Notes under the pieces: model-generated | Seen by the model: only the letters and a program-made list of their open reading frames with translations | The model's database searches: none | What the model was told of the DNA's origin: nothing | Assembly (NCBI GenBank): GCA_951406725.2 | Contig: OX597825.1 | Location: 9,238,001 to 9,302,000, forward strand | Length of the DNA: 64,000 bases | DNA from: Octopus vulgaris | Taxonomy: Eukaryota | Reading direction: 5' to 3' | Made by a program: the position numbers and the translations under genes | In this document: one piece after another, positions 41,887 through 55,699 of the stretch | Position numbering within the stretch: the first letter of the stretch is position 1 | Layout of the letters: each line of letters starts with the position of its first letter

Positions 41887-42394
41887 CCCAGCTGGTGGGG
41901 GTGATTGCCTCCCTTTTGCAAATATAAGGCACAGAAAATGTGTCAAAGCCGACAGGAAACGTCGATGTTTCCTTGGGCTAAATGGCGGTGTTGTAATTCC
42001 CTAACGGGACTGTCACGTTGAGTTGACAGTATACAACCACTATATCGCTCCACCATCGCTCATGTCTCTCTGAGACATTTAGAAATTCAATATTTCTAAT
42101 TTTGGTGATCAGTAAATAAATTTTACTAAAACTAGGATATATTTGCAGAGAGGTTGCAGTCATCACAGCGAGCTGGACTAGCTACCCTAGACTGATGACG
42201 AGCAATACACTCAGAAACATATGTCTTCAGGTGCTAAACCCAACTGGCGGGGGTGATTGCTTCCCCTTTGCAAATATAAGGACACAGAAAATGTGTCAAA
42301 GCCGACAGGAAACGTCGATGTTACCTAGGGCTAAATGGCGGTTGTGTAATTCCCTTACGCACTCAACTGACATGTTGAGTTGACAGTATACAAC

Positions 42395-42440
<46 letters not shown>

Positions 42441-42563
42441 GTTGTATACTGTCAACTCAACGTGACAGTCCCGTAAGGGAATTACACAACCACCATTTAA
42501 CCCTAGGTAACATCGACGTTTCCTGTCGGCTTTGACACATATTCTGTGTCCTTATATTTGCAA
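41887..42563 (+). mobile_element. pLTR/retrozyme-like element, family H2: partial tandem (352-bp period) plus inverted copy across (TA)n
   Basis: Direct repeats 41887-42045 and 42239-42400, inverted copy 42436-42563, hammerhead at 42186-42231. Confidence 0.8.
42186..42231 (+). ncRNA. Minimal type-I hammerhead ribozyme with GUC site
   Basis: CCTAGA, CTGATGA (42192-98), cGAG caataca CTCa, GAAA (42214-17), CATATG, TC|TTCAGG. Stem III ACATATGT is a perfect palindrome; predicted cleavage after 42225. Confidence 0.75.
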
Positions 42564-42564
42564 T

Positions 42565-42601
<37 letters not shown>

Positions 42602-43083
42602 CTCCATGTTTCTCACTGTTTTGCTCTGATACGATTTGTGACATTGGTTGAACGATTTTTACCATCGTATATATAAGCGGTTGGTTTCTATCCAAAGATT
42701 TTTAAATATATGCTGACGTCTCCCTCAAAAGCAATGCTACAACACCATACGCATAGCTGCAACAAAATTTCAGTTGATTTTAACTGATTGTAACTATTCA
42801 CCGTGTATCATTTATCAAAATCGAATGATGTTGCATTTACCTGTATGACGGTTTATGAAGATTAAACATCGGTGACTAGCACGAAAATAAGTCTCGTAGG
42901 CGTGCGTGTGCTTATGTGGTAATATATTCATAATATGTTAACAGAGGTCTTTTTATTTTTAATCGATACGACGACATAAAAGTCGATAAAAGGCCACGGG
43001 TGTGTATATTTGTCTCTGTCTGTATATATGTATAAACGCGAGTATCAATGTGCGTACAGGCGTACATACATATTCATATATTT

Positions 43084-43563
43084 ATATCTAATGTAGGATA
43101 ACACTTTTTTCGAAAAATATTTTATCAATGGCCAGCATATTAAAAAATACCTTAAAAGGTTAAATTTATAGACAATTCATAAATAAGGGCAAACGAAAAA
43201 ATTTCTAATGCCAAATATGCCGAAAAATTGGACATCTTGTCCATTAACCATATAATTTTTTCACAATACGCACGCTACTCGAAAAAAGGTCAACAGAAAT
43301 TTCTAAAAAATTCCATTATTACCATATCAAAACGATTTCAGGTTTAGCTCATAACAGCCCCACCTTCGTCAGTGATACATGTGGCAAAATAAATAAATGC
43401 CACATGTATCACTGACTAAGGTGGGGCTGTTATGAGCTAAACCTGAAATCGTTTCGATATGGTAATAATGGAATTTTTTAGAAATTTCTGTTGACCTTTT
43501 TTCGAGTAGCGTGCGTATTGTGAAAAAATTATAAGTTCGTTAGCCCTTATTTATGAATTGTTT
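43084..43563. mobile_element. Family H1 element as a head-to-head fold-back with two hammerheads
   Basis: Arms 43251-43386 / 43398-43533 are nearly identical. The minus-strand core CTGACGA is intact; the plus-strand core reads CTGACTA (G8 lost). Confidence 0.85.
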
Positions 43564-43568
43564 ACATA

Positions 43569-43633
<65 letters not shown>

Positions 43634-44003
43634 TTCATGTGACGCAAAGGAGCGCCGCTCTGTGCCACAATTTTCAACACTAGTCAAATATAATGAACTA
43701 CTGCAGCACCTTGTTTATACACGCACTCTCACACAAACACACATACACACACATATATATAAAAACATACGATGAGCCATGGCTAGAAGAATATTGAGCT
43801 TTATTTGATAACCAGTTGACCTAGCTAGCGGGGCCTCATATCAGTGAGGTGCGCATTGATGCCGTCGGGAGGTAGGCCCCGAAACGGCGCGCATTCTCTC
43901 TTGATGACCCCGTACACTTGCTGGCTACCGGTATGCCGAGTTCTCAAATGGTAGCACTTGCATGTGCAGGTTGTTTGCAAGACATGTATATATATATATA
44001 TAA

Positions 44004-44038
<35 letters not shown>

Positions 44039-44042
44039 TCTT

Positions 44043-44476
44043 TACTCTCTCTTTTACTCTTTTACTTGTTTCAGTCATTTGACTGCGGCCATGCTGGGGC
44101 ACCGCCTTTAATAGAGCAACTCGACCCCGTTTCTTATTCTTTTGTAAGCCCAGTACTTATTCTAAAGGTCTCTTTTTGCCGAACCGCTAGGTAACGGGGA
44201 CATAAACACACCAGCATCGTTTATGTGTGTTTATGAGGACATAAACACACCAGCAATGCTAGGGGGACAAATACAGACACACAAACACACATACGCATAT
44301 ATATATACATATATACGACGGGCTTCTTTCAGTTTCCGTCTAGCAAATCCACTCACAGGGCTTTGGTCGGCCCGAGGCTATAGTAGAAGACTCTTGCCCA
44401 AGGTGCCACGCAGTGGGACTAAACCCGGAACCATGTGGTTGGTAAACAAGTTACTTACCACACAGCCACTCCTGCG

Positions 44477-44478
<2 letters not shown>
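44043..44478 (-). mobile_element. SINE family A copy with a small internal duplication
   Basis: Full reverse-complement match; GGACATAAACACACCAGCA is duplicated. Confidence 0.92.
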
Positions 44479-44558
<80 letters not shown>

Positions 44559-45338
44559 GGAGAGAGAGAGACATAAATATACACACACACATATGTTTGT
44601 ATGAATAAATGGCTACATTTTCGCGCATGTGTATGCGTATGTGTTCACGTGCATTTTTATTCCCTTTTTATAAACAGCAATTTTTCTCTCAGTTTTCCAA
44701 AATGAATGCTAAAATAGGATAAGTTTACGAATATATAGTGTATTCGGGAAAAATTTAATCATGGAAAATTTTAGGTGGATAAGGAGAAAAAAAAAACCGA
44801 AAAGAATAAACATAATAGGATACTTCCTAATAATGTATATATTTTGTATTCTTTGTGTTCGAAATGAAAATGTTATTTTTAAAAATGATACATGTACGAA
44901 GAGAAAGAAAGAGGGGAGAAATAAGAGAAGGAAAATGAAGAAAGAAGAAAAGATGACTAAAGTGCCGGAAAAGAAATGGGAAAAAATAGTATAAAAGTTA
45001 GCGATAAAAATATGAAAGTACCATTTTGTGAAGGTGAGAAAAATTCACAGAACAGCGATGGTGTAATGGAACGGTGTATGATTTAAAGTATCAATCCTAA
45101 TAAAAATAATTGTTTCTAATTCGGGAATAAGACCGTCAGAATTGAAGGATCGGTATCTAATCGATAACTGTAGCTTCAGTATTTGACTAGTTTTTTGGGT
45201 TTTTTTTTTATCAACAATACAGGCATAAAAGACAAAGACGACCTCGCTGAGTTTTGAAATCATAAAGTAATAAACTGGAAGCAATATAACAAAGCATTTT
45301 TCTAAACATTCCAACGACTCCCCAATCTACTACTCAAA

Positions 45339-45406
<68 letters not shown>

Positions 45407-45411
45407 TGATG

Positions 45412-45473
<62 letters not shown>

Positions 45474-45475
<2 letters not shown>

Positions 45476-46026
45476 ATGCCCTGATGCAATACCAGGCTTT
45501 CGTGGCTTCTGATCTTAACTGATTGGAAGTGTTAACATGTACATTGATTTGTCTTGGTATAAAAGATGGGCTACAGCAAATATTCTGTTCAATACCACAG
45601 ATTTGCATGTCAGTTGTTTGACCTTAACCAGTTGAGCATGTCCCTTAATGGCTGACAATATGTGCATCTCTGATCACGAGCAGAAGTAGTGGGGGAGCAT
45701 CATAGCCACGTGTTGAGCGGGAGTCTTCGGAGTTTGAATAATTCACCTCTGGAAAAATGGGTGTTTCATTCAACAACCTTAAACAACTCTTATTCATGAA
45801 CTTTTTGAGTGGGATGGTCTACTCAACCTGAAGAAAATTCTAACTGGGCCCCACCTGCAATGTCATGTGCTGTTTATCTTGATATGAGATCACTAAGTCG
45901 CACACATATGGTTGTGATGCATGTGCCTGGTGTACCCTTATCAGACGGGTAGCCATGATGGGTATACTGGGCTTCGTATATTTTACCCCAGTGTCACTTT
46001 GATGACATGCACTGCTCTCTCACTCA
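45474..46026 (+). mobile_element. ~550-bp non-coding element inserted in (TAA)n
   Basis: (TAA)n on both sides. Homologue at 59449-59975 in the opposite orientation and a further start fragment at about 46095-46135. Strand is assigned relative to the TAA strand only. Confidence 0.85.
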
Positions 46027-46041
46027 ATAATGATGATAATG

Positions 46042-46098
<57 letters not shown>

Positions 46099-47824
46099 GT
46101 CCTGATGCAGTGGCTCTCGTGACTTCTGATCTTATCGCCTAACAACCACATTTCGATTTTAGTACCCTAGACATGGCACCTGATGAGATTGTCTTCTATG
46201 AGTCTTAAGACGACCACAAGCTTGCAAGTAAATTTAGTAGTGGTAGAAGAAAAATTTACAAGCTGATCCCTTTACTGCAACAATATACCAATATTTAAGG
46301 CGACTTTGCCTTTCATCCTTTCGGTGTCGTCAATAAATTAAGTAGCTGTTGCGTACTGGGTTCGATAATCAGAAATAGTAGAGAAAACAAAGACACAGAA
46401 TTCACATCGCTAGGTAAAAAAGAAGAAAGAATTTGGTGTAAAAATGATAAAGAAAAGGAACATTTGAAGATGTTGATCTGTTACATTTACTACGTGTAGC
46501 TGTTCTGTTCGCTGGAGTAAATGTAGAATATGTATTAGAAAATGGTGAAGGGAGTTACATTATAACCCATCAGGAAAGCATATCTCGCCGGTAAAGGTAT
46601 ATGTGTTGTTGAATAACGAAGGCTAGAAATAGTGGTTTGATGGTTAGGCGAACAAACCGAAACCACCAGGACCACTAATACTACTGGCTTAAAAGTACAA
46701 AATAAATATGATAATAAAGCATGATACTACAGACTAACAAATCATTTAAAATAATTAGTAAAGCCCCCTCTATACACACACCCCATTACCACCACCATAT
46801 CATTTTCCCTTTGAAAATAATTTAGCATTCACTATAGAACCGGAGTAAAAGACCAAAAGTAAAAGAATCGGTTGTAAATTAGAAATTAAAGTATGCAACA
46901 CTACACAGAACTGAAATATATAAAGTGATGACTAAAATCTGATATATTAGTTAAAAATACATTAAATATTAAATTGGTAAATTAATGTGCATAGAATTTT
47001 GTAAGCATAGAAAGGAATAAAGGTTTTCTATTGATGTTTTCTACATAGCGGTAAACAGTGAACATATTGTTGTATGGTGAAATAGATAAATATTATTTTT
47101 TTAAATAAGGTAATATTTAATAATTGCTTCATAAATGAGATGATAAATGGGAAGAGCAAAAAATCTACCAATTAAAGTTTATAAATTAAGAGAGTTATTT
47201 ATGCAAAAGTATGTCGAATATAATGTTGTTAATAAATTCAGAGTGAACACAAAATGGAAGATTGCATGCAAAAAGAAACGTGGAGACGACTGAATGATCA
47301 AAGAAATAAAGAATAAGGAAATATATTTAAAAGATGCGATAAAACGTAGAGCTCAAGGTGGAGGCGTAACCATTATGAGTTCTTGAGAATAACAAGTTTA
47401 AATACCTAACTATTTAAATGTTCAGGTAAATAAGAAATTAAAGATATTAAAGAAATTTGTAACTTAAGAGAACTAAAAACTAAACGCAAGTATTAAAAAT
47501 TATTCATTATGGGTTATTATAGCGATATCTGTCGTCTTTAATATTGCTTATGAATTTAGTAAGTTCTAAGAATTTTATCAAGGTGTAAGGAATGTGTTTA
47601 AATAATTCCATAATATATTCTTAAATTTAGTTATTATTCTATCAATTTGGTTATTTGCTCCCTTTGCATTTTCATTGGGCTTATCAGTCTAACGCTAGGT
47701 TCGTTAAGATTGTGACGTTCTAGAGCAGATTAACCCTTTTGCTGTCATTATTAATTAAATACACCGATGTTATTGGCAAAGATATATAAAACTAAAATTG
47801 ATGACCCAACAAAGCTAAAAGTGA

Positions 47825-48355
47825 AATACAGGTGTAAATGTAATCAACTAGCCCCTCCCCTAAAATTTCGGACATTGCTGCCCTTCTGGCAACAATTTGA
47901 AACCATTATCATTATTATTATTACTATTATTATTATTATTATTAATATTCATGGCGGCCGTTACCACGCTGGTCGAAATGCTTAGGTGTTTTTCGCCAGT
48001 TGCTATGTTCTGAGTTCAAATTCCGCTGAGGTCGAGTTTGCCTTTCATTTTTTGGGGGGTCGATAAATTAAGTACCAGTGAAACACAGGTGTCGATGTAA
48101 CCGACTAGTCTCCTCCTCTCAATCTTGAGGCCTTTCTACCCTCCAGGCAAAAAATAGAAACCATTATTATTAAATTTTGTGTTGGTAGAATCGCTAGCAC
48201 ACCGGGTCAAATGCTTAGCGGTATTTCGTCCGTAAAAACGTCTTGACTTCAAATTCCACCGAAGCTAACCTTGCTTGTCATCCTTTCTAGTCGATAAAAT
48301 ATGTACCAGATGATCATTGTGGCCGATGTAATCAACGTAAAAAACTCCCCGAAAG
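47825..48355 (+). mobile_element. Cluster of degraded family B SINEs
   Basis: Repeated GAGTTCAAATTCC / GCCTTTCAT / GATAAATTAAGTACCAG modules. Confidence 0.75.
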
Positions 48356-48787
48356 TTTGAAATCTTTATTATTGTCATCCATGTGAATAGAAACACTCCA
48401 GATTGGTGTCTGTAAAATTTGTTTTTTTCTTGTATGGTTTTTTTTAGTTTTGGAAATTTTCACTCGGCTTGTGATGTGTTTGGCTCACAAATTTTGTCAA
48501 CTGTATAGAAGGAGCTCACTTCTGTTTGGCGAGTTTTTTACGTTTTACATTTAACCCAAGCAGGAAGGAAATGTCTCGTCTTATATTTTGTATTGTAAAA
48601 TTGTCGGTTCTTACTTGGTAAAAAAAAAAAGAAGAAAAAAAAGCAGGAAAATCTATGAAGAAATAATAATAATAATATTCAGTACCAAAACAATGCAAAG
48701 TAGAGAGAATATAAGAAAAAGAAAAAGGGAGAAATAAAGTAATGTTTACGTAAGAACAAAAACTGTTTTACTCGAAACACAGCCATG

Positions 48788-48891
48788 GTAACCATGGCAA
48801 CAATAGATAACGTCAGTGTGGGAATATATCGGTGTCGTCTCTTTTGATTTTGAAAGAAAAATAAACAACGCCGACGATGGCGAAGATGGCG
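48788..48891. promoter_or_regulatory. Candidate promoter: RFX X-box plus YY1-like motif
   Basis: GTAACCATGGCAAC (48788-48801) fits GTNRCC-N(0-3)-RGYAAC. AAGATGGCG at 48883-48891. Repeat-free, CpG-retaining context. Confidence 0.45.
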
Positions 48892-49807
48892 ACAACAACA
48901 ATAACAACGAGACCAAAGCGAAAACTTTGTTTTGCTGCTATAACCAGCTGTTAGGAGATTAGGCAGTCACTGGATTTTAATGAATGGTATTTTTTGGATA
49001 TGTGTGGTTGGTATCACTTGTCTGGGAATGCATGAAACTTTCTTTCGCTGAAGTACCAAGGACGAGAAGAAAACCTGGTATAACGTTTTGGAAGGAATCC
49101 TCTATTAGCCGAGTCCATTTTTAAGACCGTTTCATGGCCTTCCTTTAGCTGCGAGGGAGAGTCCGGTCTTGGTTTGTCTGGTTGTATCGGTGAAAGCTAT
49201 TGAGCGTTGGACAAGATTGAAAGCGCTGCAGGCAGGCACCTCTTTGACCACACTGTCATAAACTTTTTCAAGTTTCACTTGCAAAAAGGAAAGTGAAAGT
49301 GCTGCATCCGACCAAATTCGTTGAGACATGGTTGTGAGTAGCAAGCGTAATTCAAGTTAACTGGTCTGCTCTGACTATGCGCTTGTAGAATGACGGTAAA
49401 AGACGGGAAGATAGCATGCAAACACTTTCAAGATTTCGGCGTGTAGCTCTCAGAGTTTCCCGCATTTTCAAGGAATTAATTCTTGCTTCATGTTTTTAGA
49501 TTATGTTTCTTTCATGTACTTTTTGGATATTTCTACTTTGTATTGTCGTGTAACGTCATTGCTGTTTGTGTGAATCCTTAGAGGTTAATAAAGAAATCGT
49601 GAATATTATTATGTATGTTTAATTATTATGAATGTTTAAGAAACCATAAGAAAATTATGAGTTCGTTTTAAAATTTGAGATTACACAGGCAGCAAGTTAC
49701 GTAGGATATGGGCTGTTCCCGTGAGCACTAATCTTTTGAATTTCTGCCATTTTGAGGTTTCCTGGTATCTCAGGTAGGTAGCAATCAGCCCTTATTATTA
49801 TTATCAT

Positions 49808-49846
<39 letters not shown>

Positions 49847-49889
49847 CAGCAGCAGGGCAGCAGAAGCAGCAGCAGCAGTAGCAGCAGCC

Positions 49890-49925
<36 letters not shown>

Positions 49926-49959
49926 AGTAGTAACAGTAACAGTAATAGTAGTATGCGAT

Positions 49960-50560
49960 GTGGTGTCAGAATAGTTAGCACGCCATGCAAATACGTTGTA
50001 GCCTCTTGTCTGTCTTTACTTAGTGAGTTCAAATTGCGGCAAGGTCGACTTTGACCTTCGTCCGTGTGGGGCCTATAAAATGATTACCAGTTAACCACTG
50101 GGATCGATTTTTTCGACTCAGCACTTGAAACCGTTATCCAGATATGGCTGCAGTCCCATAACTGAAATATATAAAGGATAAAAGGTACGTGTGTGCGAAT
50201 GGATGTGCGAGAGTGTATGTGTATGGGTGAGTCAGTGTGTGTTTTGCGCGTCTGTGTGTGTCTGCGCGCCTGCGCATCGTGAATATATTTTTATTCTTTT
50301 ACTTCTTTCAGTCAGTCGACTGCGGCCATGCTAAGTTACGGTGACGTAAACACACCAGCATCAGTTGTCATGCGATGGGGTGAAAGCAAGCATGGACACA
50401 CAAACACACATATATATATTCATATATATACGGCAGATTCTTTCATGTTTCCATCTACCAAATCCACACGCAAGGAATTGGTCGACCCGAAGCTATAGTA
50501 GAAGACACTCGCTCAAGGTGCCACACGGTAGGACTGAACCCGGAACCATCACATGCGCCT
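49960..50560. mobile_element. Degraded family B (+) and family A (-) SINE pieces
   Basis: GAGTTCAAATTGCGGCAAGGTCGACTTTG; AGAAGACACTCGCTCAAGGTGCCAC. Confidence 0.75.
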
Positions 50561-51040
50561 GTTTAGATATTCTTCCGTCATTTATTTACGTTGTCATTTG
50601 TTATTTGAGTTTTGAGAAAACATAAATATAACAGTAAATTTAATTACATCGAATGTTGGCTTGGATATTACTTCATTAAAATATATTGCAATCAAGAATA
50701 TAATTTATTAAAACGACAGGAAGCCATGGTCTTCTAAGCTTGGTAGTGCTAGCAATATCGTGATGTCTTGTTGAAATCGTGTTGTAGAGGAAGGAAATAT
50801 GTAGTTTAGTTGCATTTGATCTCAGTGCATGAAGTTAATAACAGTTTTAATATTAGCACGCGGACAGTTTCTTCATGTAGAGGGAGAGGCGTAGTTAATT
50901 TAATCGGCTCCAAAGATTCAATAATACATGATGGTATCGAATCTCAAAGAATTGAAATGCACATTTTATCTCGGTTGGTTTCGAAATCAGAAAGAAAAAA
51001 GCTGAAATACAGCATCATTGCCTTAATGGTAACATTAATA

Positions 51041-51237
51041 ATCCTTTCTACTACAGGCACAAGCCTTGATATTTTAAGGGTGCGAGTAGATTGATTACAT
51101 CAATTCCCAGTGATCAACTGGTAGTTATTTAGTCGATCCCGAAACGATGAGAAGTAAAGTCAACTGCGAGAGAATTTGAACTCAGAACGTTAAATAATTT
51201 GCCCAACGTGCAAGCGATCAGGCCAGCTTGCAGCCTT
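51041..51237 (-). mobile_element. Degraded family B SINE, head-to-head with the next copy
   Basis: GAATTTGAACTCAGAACGT and GCCAGCTTGCAGCC are reverse complements of the family B head. Confidence 0.75.
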
Positions 51238-51268
51238 ATCAAATAACCATAATAATTAAAGATATTAA

Positions 51269-51668
51269 GGCGGCGAGCAGGCAGAATTGTTACCACGTCG
51301 GGCAAAATGCTTAACTGTATTTCATCCGTATTAAAGTTCTGAGTTCAAATTCCGCCAAGGTCGACTTTGCTTTTCATCCTTTCGGGGTCGATTAAATAAG
51401 TAGCAGTTACGTACTGGAGTCGATATAATCGACTTAATCCGTTTGTCTGTCCTTGTTTGTCCTCTCTGTGTTTAGCACCTTGTGGGTAGTAAAGAAATAG
51501 GTATTTCGTCTGCGGCTACGTTCTGAGTTCAAATTCCGCCGAGGTGGACTTTGCCCTTTATCCTTTCAGGGTCGATAAATTAAATACCACTTGCGTACTA
51601 GGGTCGATTTAATCGACTAGCCCCTCCCTCCAAAATTCTCGGGCCTTGAGCCTAGAGTACAAACGAAT
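51269..51668 (+). mobile_element. SINE family B, dimeric
   Basis: Same two-module structure as 18738-19125. Confidence 0.9.
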
Positions 51669-52417
51669 TGTTTTGCTGAAGTAAATGCAGATTTATTTTC
51701 TAAATGAACTGAAACAAACAAAATTCGTATTAGAGCTACATTCTTATGAGAGTCAAAATAGCGAAGGACAAAAGTACTAATCGTGGCATCTTATTTCTGT
51801 CATTTTTATTGTTGTCTTTGCAGTTGCAATTGTTGCTGATCCCTTCCTGGATGGAAGAATCTGTTTACAGTGACCAGTTTTGTTCATCTTTCACACGACA
51901 TTACCATTTGAAATTATCCTGTATTTGCTGATTAATTTGTGCTATCATTTTTATCGCCTGAACTCCTCCTTTTCACTGTGCGACAATTAGCAGGCATTCC
52001 ATAATGAATTTATCCAACAGTCGTCTGTCCTTCTCCTCATATAGTCTACCCACGTCCATTTACCCCTGTTTTTCAGTGGTAACAATATCGATTAATTTCG
52101 TCCGATCTTTTGCACATTCTCTTTGTCTTTCCGTATTAATGTGTTACGTCAAGCGTTAATCGTTGCTTTTTGTTAGCAAGATGCTAGTTTCCTCTTTATT
52201 TCTGGACAATGGCAGTAACATTAACTCTACAAACCGCAAGGAAACGAATACAAATCGTGCATGTATGTATATACATATGTGTATGAGTGTGTGTCAATAA
52301 TATATGCATGTATGTATCTACGTCTGATTATGTATATCCATCTATATAAATACATATACAGATATATATATGCATATATATATATATATATGTATGTGTA
52401 TATATATATATGCCTAT

Positions 52418-52479
<62 letters not shown>

Positions 52480-52493
52480 CTATGTGTATAAAT

Positions 52494-52526
<33 letters not shown>

Positions 52527-53532
52527 CATATATAATATAATATATATAGTATAATATATATGCATATGTGTGAGTGTTTTAAGTGTGTGTACGCAAGGAA
52601 ATGTGTGTATATGGGCTTAATTTGGAAAAATGTATATTATTAATATTCATACTATCGGAAGTAACGTTTCTTTCCATCCCTCCGGAGCCCTTAAAATAAT
52701 TACTAGTCAACTCATATAATGGATCTCAGTATAAGCTGGATTCCTTTATGAATGTTTTATATTCAACAAAATTACGAAAATATGCTTATGATGGCGGTCA
52801 TTATATCCGTATTGCCATTGACTCGGTCCTATTCATCATTACAATCGTCGTTATCACCATCATAATCATTGCCATCTGTAATTATTTCTGTCATTACGTA
52901 TATATTTACTGTTGGCTGTATTTGCGCAGCCAAATGTAGTTGCGTGATACAAGGCCCCGTACCGTGTTTTTCTTTATGTTTATTCGCCTTACGAGCATTC
53001 TTCGTAATATGCATGTAATGCTTGGTAGTGCCAGTTCCTGCATTCTGCTCACGAATACAATCTTTTTCTTCCGTACATATTTATATGTCTTTATGTCCTT
53101 AATCATTCCCAAGATACTTATTAATATTGCATTATGATAACGTCAACAACAGTGAAGCTGACAAGCTTTTGCGTTCGGTACACGCAAAGAGAAGACAAAT
53201 AATTAACAAAAGAGAAAACTTGGAGAGAAACGGGTAAAGAATGTTACAATTCCTATAGAAGCTGCAAGAATTTAAGAAGAATGTAATCCCCGATTCATCT
53301 ACATGAATGAAGCTATTCACACATACTCTGCCTCCTTCGTTCCTCTTTAGAAAGTAGCAATATTACGAATGAAAAAAAAATTAAGCTGGAATAGAAGTAT
53401 ATAAAAAATACAGGATGGTAATGGAGTATTTGCTAGCCACCCACAGAATATCTTTCGCGTCCCTCTTACATTTCGTCAAAAATCTAACTCCCTCCCCCAT
53501 CTCTCTCTCTCTCTCTCACTCTCTCTCTCTCC

Positions 53533-54103
<571 letters not shown>

Positions 54104-54493
54104 TATATACATACATATGTGCGTGTTGGGGGGGGCGTGTGCGTGTGTGTGTGTGTGCGTGAGTGTATATTGGAATGCGTCGTAAATAAACACGACTGAT
54201 GTTACTTTGACTGAGAAAGCGGAGGAAAAAGGAACAAATATCTAACATTTTGGGTAACCACCCTTCGTTCGAAAGCGAGTTATGTGATGGAGAGAAAAGC
54301 AAATTTGGCGATATAGAAAACTACGCACATGCAACAATGTGGAGGTACGGTAGTGTGTACATATGCGCATGCGCACGCGCGTGTGCTTGTAAATGAAAAC
54401 ATTTATTTAGAATAATAAAAAGGCTTTCCTATATTTCGTTTTTTGATTTGGTTTGCAAGATTCTTTATATGAGTTCGTGTGTTGAAGTATATT

Positions 54494-54610
54494 CTGTTGT
54501 GTCTGGGGAGAGTCATTTTAGAAAATAAAAATAAGAAAAACGTGGAAATTTTACCGGTGAGTGTGTTAAATTATAAGGCACAAAAAAATGACCCTCCCCA
54601 GACACAACAG
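54494..54610. repeat. 26-bp inverted repeat junction
   Basis: CTGTTGTGTCTGGGGAGAGTCATTTT / AAAATGACCCTCCCCAGACACAACAG, 1 mismatch. Confidence 0.8.
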
Positions 54611-55304
54611 CTTTCCTATGTATTCATCAGGTATGTGCAAATTTATTCCACCAATATCTATTGCATTATAAATTATTTGAGGTTAACAACGTGTTAACAA
54701 TTAAAATTTTTCTCCCTTAACTCTTCTCAATTTCACGATTATATATATTTTACTCGCTGCAAATATACACACAGCATATGTCTCCATCCTTAGTTTGAAA
54801 CATAGATAGACAGTCATTAACACGATGATGCGCAAAGCGATCGAATACGACATCATTTGATTGCGAAGCGAATGCCTTAACCAGGCAGCTACACATGGGA
54901 GTTAGAGAGTCAATGTTACATATGCAAGCACCGACACCTTTTGGAATTTGAGTTTGTCAATCTTTATTAAAAATCTGTTAATTTCATCCTAGGAGTTGTT
55001 GAAAATCAATCATGTTCACCCATTTAGAAATAGAATGATAAGCTAATTACTTAATTGACAAAGTGTTTTCATTTCGGCAGCATTGTCTCTGTAATTCCAT
55101 TGATAATCAACTCGCCCCTACCGCAATTGTCACAAATTTGGTATTGCTATGTCGATTATTAATAAACAGTTGTCATTTTTCTCATTGAAAATAATGTCAC
55201 ACTAATTGTTTCATTTGGTACTTTGTCAAAATGCTAAACGTCCGTACTACCTCCTCCACCTCCATCACCCATTCACTCCACATCATTTTCATCATCTCCT
55301 TTTC

Positions 55305-55306
<2 letters not shown>

Positions 55307-55364
<58 letters not shown>

Positions 55365-55652
55365 GTTATTGCTGTTGTTGTTATTACTACTAGTAGTAGA
55401 AGTTGTTGTTGTTGTTGTTGTAGCAGCAGCAGCAGAAGACGAAGAAGAAGAAGAAGAAGAAGAAGAAAAAGAAGAAGACGAAGAAGACGAAGACGAAGAA
55501 GAAGAAGAAGAAAGAAGAAGAAGAAGAAGAAGAAGAAGAAGAAGAAGACGAAGACGAAGAAGAAGAAGAAGAAGAAGAAGAAGAAGAAGAAGAAAGAAGA
55601 AGAAGAAGAAGAAGAAGAAGAAGAAGAAGAAAAAAAGAAGAAGAAGAAGAAA
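55307..55652. repeat. Compound trinucleotide array (TTA)(TTG)(TAG)(CAG)(GAA)n
   Basis: Directly visible; source of the poly-I/L/R/K/E ORFs. Confidence 0.97.
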
Positions 55653-55699
55653 ATACCAATGTGTAGAGCATTTACTTTCCCTGCTTTACCGAGCGCAGC

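Noticed and set aside
46180-46215. CTGATGA-GATT...AGTC
   Set aside because: Followed by TTAAGA instead of GAAA.
54605-54635. Minus strand CTGATGA-ATACATAG-GAAA
   Set aside because: No credible stem II or stem I.
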